From Candidatus Wukongarchaeum yapensis (GTDB lineage Archaea > Asgardarchaeota > Wukongarchaeia > Wukongarchaeales > Wukongarchaeaceae): a stretch of DNA of 28,347 bases. Location: positions 1 through 28,347 of the forward strand of contig JAEOSI010000001.1 in NCBI GenBank assembly GCA_016840425.1. The letters run 5' to 3'. The first letter of the stretch is position 1; every line of letters starts with the position of its first letter. The notes under the pieces are model-generated. The model had not been told where the DNA came from, ran no database searches, and was given only the letters and a program-made list of their open reading frames with translations. Both the position numbers and the translations under genes were made by a program. Positions 9,283 through 17,644 of the stretch are shown here, piece by piece.

Positions 9283-9897
9283 ATGAGTAATCGGCGGCTC
9301 AGAAGTTGGTATGAACTAAAATTTGCATCTTTTGGCCGTTTTCTGGCAAAGCGCGGATTTACTGCAAACTTTTTTTCTGCTTTAAGCATTCTAACAGCCC
9401 TTTTTGTAGCCTTAGCTTATTATTATCATTATCCTTGGCTTGCAGCTATCTTGATCCTTTTAACTGGTTTTTTTGATATGCTTGATGGCAGTGTTGCAAG
9501 AGCTGCTGGAACCGCTTCAGAATTTGGAACTGTTCTTGACCATTCTATCGACAGATATGCTGAATATTTTTTTCTTTTAGGTGTTATGATCGGAGATTAT
9601 GCCGAACCTTTCTGGGTTTTATTTGCTTTTTTTGGCATGATTATGGCAAGCTATGTGAGGGCAAAAGCAGAAAGCATGGGAGTAGAATCATGTAGTGTAG
9701 GAATAGCTGAAAGGAAGGAAAAACTTTCCCTTCTAATAATAGGTTCCCTCCTTGTGACATGGTTTGAAGACGTTAAAATCCCGATAATAAACGAAACTAT
9801 CGGCCTTCTTGAACTTACCGTAATCCTGATAGGCATCTTATCCCATATCTCTGCCATTCAAAGAATTGCATACGCAAAAAAACTCCTAGCAACCTAA
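9283..9897 (+). CDS. CDP-alcohol phosphatidyltransferase, probably archaetidylinositol-phosphate synthase
   Basis: Signature DMLDGSVARAAGTASEFGTVLDHSIDR, SYVRAKAE, G-x-AERKE, multiple TM segments. Confidence 0.85.
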   Translation: MSNRRLRSWYELKFASFGRFLAKRGFTANFFSALSILTALFVALAYYYHYPWLAAILILLTGFFDMLDGSVARAAGTASEFGTVLDHSIDRYAEYFFLLGVMIGDYAEPFWVLFAFFGMIMASYVRAKAESMGVESCSVGIAERKEKLSLLIIGSLLVTWFEDVKIPIINETIGLLELTVILIGILSHISAIQRIAYAKKLLAT

Positions 9898-9988
9898 AAC
9901 TCTCTATACCCTCCCTCAAAAACCAAAAAAAGGAATAACATAAAAAGGAAAAGATGATGAATTCTTTTCTTTTAAAATTGCTCTTTTT

Positions 9989-10537
9989 TCATATTTTTGC
10001 GTTTTCTCGGATCCTTTTTGCCAGAACCTTAAAAACATCCTCCACGTTTGTCCCATCTTTAGCCGAGGTTTCGAAGTACTCCATGCCTCTTTTCTTTGCG
10101 TATTCTTCTGCCTCTACTGTCGATACCTTTATCTGATCTTTAAGATCGCTTTTATTGCCTACCAAAAATGTTGGTATTCCGGGGGTTGTATAACTCTTCA
10201 GTTCATCCAACCACTTCTCAACGTTATAAAAGCTGTTCTTTTCACATAGAGAAAAAACTATAACTCCTCCAGTAGCACCCCGATACCAAAAAGAATGTAG
10301 TTGTCCCAACTTTTCTTGTCCGCCCGTGTCCCAAATAAGAAGCTTGATTTTTTGATCGCCGATGGTTAGGCTTTTAGAAAAAAGATCTAAGCCAAGGGTC
10401 GTATGATAACTTGTAGTGAATGAGCCCTCACAGTATCTTCTTGCGAGGGAAGTTTTCCCCACCCGACCTTGCCCGATTACCACTACTTTAAACAAAACCT
10501 CTTTGTGCTTTTTTTTAGTGGTTGTTTTTGTTGTCAT
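9989..10537 (-). CDS. Rab-like small GTPase, copy 1
   Basis: G1 GQGRVGKT, G2 T (YHTTLG), G3 WDTGGQE, G4 NKSD, G5 ETSAK, RabF-like LGLDL/KLLIW/WYRGA. No C-terminal Cys. Confidence 0.93.
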   Translation of the reverse strand: MTTKTTTKKKHKEVLFKVVVIGQGRVGKTSLARRYCEGSFTTSYHTTLGLDLFSKSLTIGDQKIKLLIWDTGGQEKLGQLHSFWYRGATGGVIVFSLCEKNSFYNVEKWLDELKSYTTPGIPTFLVGNKSDLKDQIKVSTVEAEEYAKKRGMEYFETSAKDGTNVEDVFKVLAKRIRENAKI

Positions 10538-10613
10538 GATTTGTCCTCATGAAAACAGTTAGTTTAGTACATTGATATATAGAACACGTTAATTATTTAC
10601 TTTGCGAAGGTTA

Positions 10614-10710
10614 ACAGAATATCAGTATTTTCTCTTTTTCTTTTAGGTATTATGATTGGAGATTATGCCGATCATGCCTATTAACCTATCAACTTAAAAC
10701 GCTCTATGCC
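10614..10710 (+). pseudogene. Decayed fragment of the CDP-alcohol phosphatidyltransferase gene (duplication relic)
   Basis: 10637-10671 matches 9571-9605 at 33/35 nt. It is joined to sequence resembling the gene's 3' end and trailer (about 9886-9920). Confidence 0.85.
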
Positions 10711-10792
10711 CCCCGCCAAAAAAACCCCAAAAAAAGGAATAACATAAAAAGGAAAAGATAATGAATTCTTTTCTTTTAAAATTGCTCTTTTT

Positions 10793-11341
10793 TCATATTT
10801 TTGCGTTTTCTCGGATCCTTTTTGCCAGAACCTTAAAAACATCCTCCACGTTTGTCCCATCTTTAGCCGAGGTTTCGAAGTACTCCATGCCTCTTTTCTT
10901 TACATATTCTTCTGCCTCTACTGTCGATACCTCTATCTGATCTTTAAGATCGCTTTTATTGCCTACCAAAAATGTTGGTATTCCGGGGGTTGTATAAATC
11001 TTCAGTTCATCCAACCACTTCTCAACGTTATAAAAGCTGTTCTTTTCACATAGAGAAAAAACTATAACTCCTCCAGTAGCACCCCGATACCAATATGGTC
11101 TGAGTTGTCCCAACTTTTCTTGTCCGCCCGTGTCCCAGATGAGAAGTTTGATTTTTTGATCGCCTATGGTTAAATTTTTAGAGAAAAGGTCTAAGCCAAG
11201 GGTCGGCTGATAACTAGTAGAGAACCTGCCCTCACAAAATCTTCTTGCGAGGGAAGTTTTTCCCACACCACCTTGCCCGACTACTACTACTTTGAACAAT
11301 AACACTGAACGCCTTGATTGGATGTTTGTTTTTGTTTCCAT
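10793..11341 (-). CDS. Rab-like small GTPase, copy 2
   Basis: G1 GQGGVGKT, YQPTLG, WDTGGQE, NKSD, ETSAK. Offset 804 bp from copy 1. Confidence 0.93.
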   Translation of the reverse strand: METKTNIQSRRSVLLFKVVVVGQGGVGKTSLARRFCEGRFSTSYQPTLGLDLFSKNLTIGDQKIKLLIWDTGGQEKLGQLRPYWYRGATGGVIVFSLCEKNSFYNVEKWLDELKIYTTPGIPTFLVGNKSDLKDQIEVSTVEAEEYVKKRGMEYFETSAKDGTNVEDVFKVLAKRIRENAKI

Positions 11342-11611
11342 GATTTGTCCTCATCGAAAAATTAGTTTACTATTAATTTAATTTATGGAACTCATTAATT
11401 ATTTGTTTTACTGTAGGGGGTTGTTCTTCTTTTTCCGTTTTGTTTTTCGTTTTTCTTTGTGGAAAACGGGTTTTTGATTTTTGTATCTTTCTTATAATGG
11501 GTTTATTTTTGTTTCTATTTTTTTGGGGTGTTTTCGTTTTACATGGTTTTTTGCGGGTGAATCATGGTTTTCTCTTATTTCTTGTTTTTTTCTAGAGTTT
11601 TTTGCTCTTTT

Positions 11612-12046
11612 TTAATCGATAACTATGATTTTATAGCCGTTGAAAAATTAGACGTAAACGGTTTGATAAGGATTAGTTATAATGCTCGAAATATAATGGA
11701 TTCCTCTTGGTACAAATTCGCTCAATTTCTGTCTTACAAGGCTGAGAGAGCTGGTAAGACGGTTGTAAAAGTGAATTCAAGAGTAACTACGCAAGAATGT
11801 TATAAATGCGGTAAAGAAGTGGAGAAAAGCTTGGCTGTAAGAACCCATAAATGTCCTTACTGTGGTTTAGAAATTGATAGAGACTACAACTCCGCTTTTG
11901 TAGTCTTGAAAAAAGGTTTAGAAGAAGTGTTAGGGCAAGGATTGTCCGAATTTACGCCTGTGGAGATAGAACCTTTACCGAGAGAGATCTTGGCATGTTC
12001 AGTCGTTGAATCAGGAAGCTCCTTCCAATAGGTAAGAGCAGTTCAC
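11612..12046 (+). mobile_element. tnpB: 5'-truncated IS200/IS605-family TnpB remnant with intact right end
   Basis: YDFIAVEKL (RuvC-II Glu), CxxC..CPxC zinc finger, DRDYNSA (RuvC-III Asp). RuvC-I and the N-terminal lobe are absent. The first about 16 codons of the called ORF are T-rich non-TnpB sequence. Confidence 0.88.
11933..12046 (+). ncRNA. Probable TnpB omegaRNA/reRNA scaffold and right-end hairpin
   Basis: Hairpin GGGCAA-GGA-TTGTCC (11933-11947), ACGCCTGTGGAGA, GAATCAGGAAGC, subterminal hairpin 12018-12039 and terminal GTTCAC. This is the usual layout of archaeal IS605 right ends. Confidence 0.6.
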
Positions 12047-12056
12047 TGTAGCAATT

Positions 12057-13169
12057 CTAACCATCTTTGAGTTTTATTACCTGATTTATAAGCCCCATCC
12101 TTATCGCTAAATCCGTCAACGCAAACGCTATCACTGATTCTATTACTGGGACAGCTCTTGGTACTATACAAGGATCATGCCTTCCTTTCCCTAAAATCTC
12201 AACAGTTTTCTTCGTCTTAAGGTCGACAGTTTTCTGAGGTTTTCCAATTGTAGCGGTAGGCTTTATCGCAACTCGTAAAACAAGGGGTTCCCCGTTAGTT
12301 ATGCCGCCAAGTATGCCTCCAGAATTATTATTAAATGTTTTTATATTCCCATCTTCTGCAACGTAAAACTGATCATTATGCTCTGAACCCCTCATGACAG
12401 CTGCTTTAAACCCAGCACCAAATTCCACGCCCTTTACTCCCGGTACTGCAAAAATCGCCTTAGCTAATTCGCCCTCTACCGTATCGAAAACAGGTTCTCC
12501 TAAGCCAGGAGGAACATTTAAAGCAATGCATTCTATAATGCCTCCCACACTATCCCCTTCTTCCTTTACCTTTTCAATCAGCTCAACCATCTTTTTTGCA
12601 GCTTCTGGATCTCCACATCTAACTAGATTATTCTCGATCTGACCTTTTATCTCCTCAATGCTCATATCTTTAGCTTTAATATCACCTATCTGCACAGTGT
12701 AGGCTAAAATTTCAACTCCTAAAACTTTTCTTAGCAATTTTTTTGCTATGGCTCCCGCTATAACAAAAGAAACAGTAATCCTACCAGAAAAACGCCCACC
12801 GCCCCTATAATCTGAAAATCCACCGTATTTTACAAAGGCTGTATAATCTGCATGACCGGGTCTTGGGGTAAATCTTATTCGAGTATAAAAACTCGAATCA
12901 ACATCCTTATTCCAAACAAGGGCACAAATAGGCGCGCCCGTGGTATAACCATTAAAAACTCCCGACAAAATTTGGACGAGATCACTTTCTTTTCGCGGCG
13001 TACTAATCCCTGACTGTCCAGGTCTCCTCTTATCCAACTCCTTCTGAATATCCTCCTCTTTTAAAGCCAAACCAGCAGGACATCCATCGACCACAACTCC
13101 TACACATTTCCCATGAGATTCTCCAAAAGTCGTAATCCTGAAAAATTTCCCAAAACTATTCCCATCCAT
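12057..13169 (-). CDS. aroC: Chorismate synthase
   Basis: TFGESHG, RPGHAD, GGGRFSGR, GGILGGI, GRHDPC. Start overlaps the aroA stop (TAATG). Confidence 0.96.
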   Translation of the reverse strand: MDGNSFGKFFRITTFGESHGKCVGVVVDGCPAGLALKEEDIQKELDKRRPGQSGISTPRKESDLVQILSGVFNGYTTGAPICALVWNKDVDSSFYTRIRFTPRPGHADYTAFVKYGGFSDYRGGGRFSGRITVSFVIAGAIAKKLLRKVLGVEILAYTVQIGDIKAKDMSIEEIKGQIENNLVRCGDPEAAKKMVELIEKVKEEGDSVGGIIECIALNVPPGLGEPVFDTVEGELAKAIFAVPGVKGVEFGAGFKAAVMRGSEHNDQFYVAEDGNIKTFNNNSGGILGGITNGEPLVLRVAIKPTATIGKPQKTVDLKTKKTVEILGKGRHDPCIVPRAVPVIESVIAFALTDLAIRMGLINQVIKLKDG

Positions 13170-14488
13170 TAACCAAAACCCCCATCATCTCTTCTTTCAA
13201 TCTTAACACCAAGCTTTTCGAAATCATTCCAAAACCCAGGATAAGAAACATCAACACACTCTGCATCCTTTATCTCCACAGGATAACGAGCTTTAAGGGC
13301 TGCAACGCTTAAAGCCATAGCCATCCTATGATCACCATACGATTCTACCTTAACACCTCCCTTAATCTCCTCCCCCCCACAGGTAACCATCCCATCTTTC
13401 TTTTCTTCCAGCTTTACTCCCATCTTAACCAACTCTACCGCAGGTCCATGTATCCGATCACTCTCCTTAACCCTCGCATGTTCTGCCCCCTCCAAAATCA
13501 TAACCCCTTTAGCACAAGCCCCGAGAGCCGCTAAAACCGGCACCAAGTCCGGTGTATCCCTACAATTAACCTCAACACCCTTAAGTTCACCCTTCCCCTC
13601 AACAATAATACCACTTTCACAATCTGAAACTTTGGCCCCCATCTCCCTAACAATATCAACTATCCTCGCATCCCCCTGAACACTATCCGTCTTAAGCCCT
13701 AAAAGCTTAACCTTTGACTCGGTTACCGCCGCCGCAGCAATCAAAAAAGCAGCAGAAGAAAAATCTCCTGGAATATAAAAATTTACAGGATTATACCTCT
13801 GAGTCGCAGGAATAAAAAACCCCCAGTCTTCCCTCTCAACCTTAACACCAAAAAGATCAAGCATCTCCAAAGTTATCTCAATGTAAGGACTACTGACAAG
13901 ATCTCCCAAAATCCTAATACTGCAATCACGCTCACCCAAAGGAGTGACCAAAAGCAAAGCCGTAATAAATTGAGAACTAACATCACCTCTAATAGTCACT
14001 TCCCCACCCCTAAAACCCCCTCCTTCAACCACTATAGGCGCCAAACCATTATCCCTCGTACTCCAAGCCTTTACCCCAAGCTGCTGAAGCGCATCCAAAA
14101 GCGGCTGCATTGGCCGTTTCCTAATAGAATCATCCCCCGTTAAAACAGTAACACCTGGAGATAAACCCGCAACAGCGGTAATAATCCTCAAAGTAGTCCC
14201 CGAATTCTCAACATTTATAACATCCTCTGGGGGCTCAATCTTCCCAAACCCACAAACCTCCAATAACTTTTCACCCTCCTCTCCCCTTTTTTCCATTATT
14301 GAAGCCCCAAAAGCTTTACAAGCCTTAACCGTAGCCAAAGTATCACGAGAAAAAAGAGGGTTAAAAATCCTAGAAACTCCCTCACTTAAACTAGCCAGAA
14401 TCACTGCCCGATGGGTATAACTTTTAGAAGAAGGTACCCTAACCTCCCCAAACAACCTATTAGCAGGATAAATTATCACACTACTCAT
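13169..14488 (-). CDS. aroA: 3-phosphoshikimate 1-carboxyvinyltransferase (EPSP synthase)
   Basis: PSSKSYTHRA, ENSGTTLR, SSQFITALL, RVKESDRI, DHRMAMA. ATG 14488 preferred. Confidence 0.96.
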   Translation of the reverse strand: MSSVIIYPANRLFGEVRVPSSKSYTHRAVILASLSEGVSRIFNPLFSRDTLATVKACKAFGASIMEKRGEEGEKLLEVCGFGKIEPPEDVINVENSGTTLRIITAVAGLSPGVTVLTGDDSIRKRPMQPLLDALQQLGVKAWSTRDNGLAPIVVEGGGFRGGEVTIRGDVSSQFITALLLVTPLGERDCSIRILGDLVSSPYIEITLEMLDLFGVKVEREDWGFFIPATQRYNPVNFYIPGDFSSAAFLIAAAAVTESKVKLLGLKTDSVQGDARIVDIVREMGAKVSDCESGIIVEGKGELKGVEVNCRDTPDLVPVLAALGACAKGVMILEGAEHARVKESDRIHGPAVELVKMGVKLEEKKDGMVTCGGEEIKGGVKVESYGDHRMAMALSVAALKARYPVEIKDAECVDVSYPGFWNDFEKLGVKIERRDDGGFG

Positions 14489-14584
14489 AAAAGGCACACA
14501 CCAACAATCCAAAAAACGGAAAATAAATAAAACCTACTCTCAACCAAAAACAGTTTAAATTTAATTTTAATATTTTTTACTTTT

Positions 14585-15445
14585 TTATAAAAATCGCCCA
14601 GCCTTTACATTATTTATCTTTACCCTTAAAGTCTCCCCAGAAAATCTCTCCAACACATCAATTATAGCGTCCCCTTCCCCTAAAGGAGTTACGGCAAACA
14701 TGGTAGGTCCAGTGCCACTAACTCCCGCTGCAAGGGCTCCTGCCGCTAAAGCATCAACAATAAACCTTGTATCTAACCCATAAACGACAGCGCATAATAA
14801 ACCGTTTAAAGTTATCGCTTCCCACACTCGTCCTTTTAAAGCAAACCCATGAGCTTGAAGAAAAAGATCTTTAAAAACCCACAAAGGCTTCTCTTTAGTG
14901 TCTACGGTTTTAACCTTTTTTGAAGGAATTTTTAATAAAACCTCAAAATCCTCGCTAAACATCTCCCTCAACAAAATTTCTCTCTCACGATTATCGGTAA
15001 CCACTAGTCCTCCAAAAAACGAGGTGCAAGCATCATCAAAAGCACCGGTAATCGTGACCCTTGCGTCAACACAAGCATCAACTCCCAAATTAACCGCTTC
15101 TAAATCATCGATTTCCTCGTCCAAAGCACCTGTAACAGCTAAAACCACAGCATTAGCTGCAGCACTCGAACTTTTCAGACCCCGAGCCACAGGAATATTA
15201 GACCTAGTAACAACCCTAACACCCACTTCCTCCATCAAATTAAATCTTTTCAAAACTATTAAAGCAGCTTTTTCGATCAAAATAGTGTCTACAGAAGGAT
15301 CCCCTAAAACCTCCCCCTCTATCCTAGGTTCACTCAAAACAACAGCCTCTGCCTCGGCCCACAAATCCACCCCCAAAGCAGCACCCCTCCAAGTAGCAAT
15401 CGCATTAACAACAGAGACAGCAGAATGACTCCTATAACCAACCAA
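14585..15445 (-). CDS. aroK: Archaeal shikimate kinase (GHMP family)
   Basis: VVNAIATWRGAA, PVARGLKSSSAAANA, TGAFDDA, GVSGTGP. Confidence 0.92.
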   Translation of the reverse strand: MVGYRSHSAVSVVNAIATWRGAALGVDLWAEAEAVVLSEPRIEGEVLGDPSVDTILIEKAALIVLKRFNLMEEVGVRVVTRSNIPVARGLKSSSAAANAVVLAVTGALDEEIDDLEAVNLGVDACVDARVTITGAFDDACTSFFGGLVVTDNREREILLREMFSEDFEVLLKIPSKKVKTVDTKEKPLWVFKDLFLQAHGFALKGRVWEAITLNGLLCAVVYGLDTRFIVDALAAGALAAGVSGTGPTMFAVTPLGEGDAIIDVLERFSGETLRVKINNVKAGRFL

Positions 15446-15641
15446 TCCTTAACACATCCCAAAAATCTATTCAACTTCATTCTCAAAAACAGTTACATAA
15501 AAACCTTCTCGCGACCAGGAACCGTTATCGCGTCCATCAGAGTGTGGTTAACCATTTTTCTACATTATTTTGTAGAGTTTAAAGTCTTCTATTATAAGAG
15601 ATGTACAGGCTTTACTATAACTGACATACTCTCCACTCTAA

Positions 15642-15923
15642 AGGGTTGGAGGTTCAGTTATAGTTACTAAAAAAGGAAAACTTTTAGGGATGTTCACGTT
15701 TCATGATTTAGTTGATAGAGTTTGGGGAATAGGGAAGGCGGAGGAAACCCTTATCGGGGAGGCAATGTCACCCTTGATAAAAGTTTCAAGCTTGTAAGAT
15801 ATAGTAGAAGCAACAAAATTGATGCTGAAAAACCGGTTAATATTTGTTGCTGTAATGTATGTGGAAGATGTGGTAGGTATTCTCTCAAGCCACAATCTAA
15901 TCAGATACCTGTCAAAATTATAA
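15642..15923 (+). pseudogene. CBS-domain-pair protein pseudogene (not in the ORF track)
   Basis: Frame from 15642 reads RVGGSVIVTKKGKLLGMFTFHDLVDRV...IGEAMSPLIKVSSL*DIVEATKLMLKNRLIFVAVMYVEDVVGILSSHNLIRYLSKL*. Internal TAA at 15795-15797 and a broken 5' end. Confidence 0.75.
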
Positions 15924-15998
15924 CCGAAAGGGAGACGTATCAACAAAAAACGAGTTCATTTTGTGTTCGTCTTCCGCCATTTTCCTATTTTTTGTGAA

Positions 15999-16856
15999 TT
16001 ATTCCTTTTTTAAGGATTTTAAAACTGTTTTTTTCATGATCTCTATTGGTGCCTTTTTGTCTGTCCATTTTTCAAAAGCTTCTGCCCCTTGATAAACCAA
16101 CATTTCTATTCCATCAATCGCTCTCAGTCCAACAGATTTTGCCTCCCGTAGAAGCCTTGTTTCTGGAGGATTGTATACGATGTCAAAAACGGTTAACTTT
16201 TCATGGAGTAGTTCTTGAGGAACGATGGTTTCTTCTGTGTGTGGATACATTCCTACAGACGTTGTGTTCACTAATAATTCTGCTTCTAAAATAGCTGCTT
16301 TTAAATCTTCATAAATCAATTTTTTTGCAATTATAGGTATTTTCACTGTTTTTAAAATGTCCTCTACTAACCTTTTCGCCCTTTGGAAAGTCCTATTAAG
16401 AACAGTTATCTTACCCGCAAACTTAGCGAAAGTAAACACAATAGCCCTTGCAGCCCCCCCTGCACCCAAAATAACGATCCTTTTTCCATCCAATTCAAAC
16501 CCTCCCTCCGTAACAGCCCTAAGTGCCCCCATACCATCGGTGTTATAACCTTTAAAGATTCCATCCTCATTTACCACGCAGTTTACAGCCCCTATTTTTA
16601 AAGCAGTTTCATCCACCTCATCAAGATACTTAATACACTCTTCCTTGTGCGGTATCGTCACATTAAAACCGCAAAAATTCAGCGCCTTAAACCCTGAAAT
16701 CGTCTCACTTAAATTTTCCTTTTGCACCCTAAAAGCCAAATAAACATAGTCTAGATCTAGGTGTTGAAAAGCGGCATTATGCATATCAGGTGAAAGGGAA
16801 TGATGTATCGGATCCCCTATTACTGCGCAAGCAACAGTTTTACTCGTTATGGGCAT
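15999..16856 (-). CDS. aroE: Shikimate dehydrogenase
   Basis: GDPIHHSLSP, NVTIPHK, NTDG, GAGGAARA, NTTSVGM, DIVYNP, MLVYQG. Confidence 0.96.
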   Translation of the reverse strand: MPITSKTVACAVIGDPIHHSLSPDMHNAAFQHLDLDYVYLAFRVQKENLSETISGFKALNFCGFNVTIPHKEECIKYLDEVDETALKIGAVNCVVNEDGIFKGYNTDGMGALRAVTEGGFELDGKRIVILGAGGAARAIVFTFAKFAGKITVLNRTFQRAKRLVEDILKTVKIPIIAKKLIYEDLKAAILEAELLVNTTSVGMYPHTEETIVPQELLHEKLTVFDIVYNPPETRLLREAKSVGLRAIDGIEMLVYQGAEAFEKWTDKKAPIEIMKKTVLKSLKKE

Positions 16857-16890
16857 ATAAGAACCTCTAAAAGGCGATAATTTTTAGCTA

Positions 16891-17607
16891 TTATTTACTT
16901 TCTACTATGTGGCTTAAACCGTCTAGTATCATGCGCAGGCTATCGACCATGAGTTGTCCTGAAGCTACGACTTTATTAACTCCTGCATAAGTAAATTCCG
17001 ATCCGAAAAAGGAGCAGAGCATTCTTGAAAGAACGCCGTATTTACCCATGCAAAAAGCGATAATTTTTATGCCGATATCCTTGGCGGAGCTATGGAGTTT
17101 TAATATTTCCAGATTATCTTCTAAGGTTTTTGCTGTGGGGATTATTTTTACTACATCAGCTTCTAACGCTTTTGCTTCTTTTAGATCACTGATAAGCTGT
17201 TTTAATGGGGGCATATTTTCGTAGTGTCGGGAAAGGATAACAGAAACATCGTTTTTTTTAGCCATTAAACAAAGTTTGGATATATCTTCTATATCTAGTG
17301 TAAGCTCTATATCGACATAAGCAGGGGCGGTATCAATACAAGTCTCAATGATGTTTAATCGTTCTTCTTCACTCCCCTCCCATACTCCCCCTTCCTTATT
17401 TGAACGAACAGTAAAAATAACAGGTAATTCAGCCTGTTCTTTTAGATTGCCGATAACTGAGACATCTTTTTCAAAATTTTTCCTTTCTAAAAAATCCAAT
17501 CTATACTCTATTAAGTCTGCGCCCATTTTTTGCCCTATTGATGCTAGTTTTAGTGCCTCTAAAGCGTTTGTTTCGGCGATAGTTGCGCAAATGCGATGCT
17601 TCATCAC
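16891..17607 (-). CDS. aroD: Type I 3-dehydroquinate dehydratase
   Basis: EYRLD, FTVR-x2-EGG, S-x-H (SRHY), ADVVKI, MGKYG-x-LSR, ASGQ. Confidence 0.9.
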   Translation of the reverse strand: MMKHRICATIAETNALEALKLASIGQKMGADLIEYRLDFLERKNFEKDVSVIGNLKEQAELPVIFTVRSNKEGGVWEGSEEERLNIIETCIDTAPAYVDIELTLDIEDISKLCLMAKKNDVSVILSRHYENMPPLKQLISDLKEAKALEADVVKIIPTAKTLEDNLEILKLHSSAKDIGIKIIAFCMGKYGVLSRMLCSFFGSEFTYAGVNKVVASGQLMVDSLRMILDGLSHIVESK

Positions 17608-17644
17608 TCGCGTACTCCGATAATCTTTCTCTTTAATGTTTCAT

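Larger units (their letters stand above)
9923..11093. repeat. Direct repeat: 9923-10289 vs 10727-11093 (367 bp, 5 mismatches)
   Basis: Manual alignment. Covers the GTPase 3' part plus about 65 nt beyond the stop codon. Confidence 0.9.

Noticed and set aside
9954-10136. 60-aa + strand ORF in the duplicated tract
   Set aside because: Antisense to the GTPase. Its apparent conservation comes only from the duplication.
11564-12031. TnpB as an active RNA-guided nuclease or a TldR-like repressor
   Set aside because: RuvC-I and the WED/REC lobe needed for RNA and TAM binding are missing.
15701-15997. 91-aa ORF with CCCNVCGRC resembling a zinc finger, and the opposite 81-aa ORF
   Set aside because: A different frame of the same DNA gives a clear CBS-pair sequence, so the Cys cluster is an off-frame artefact.
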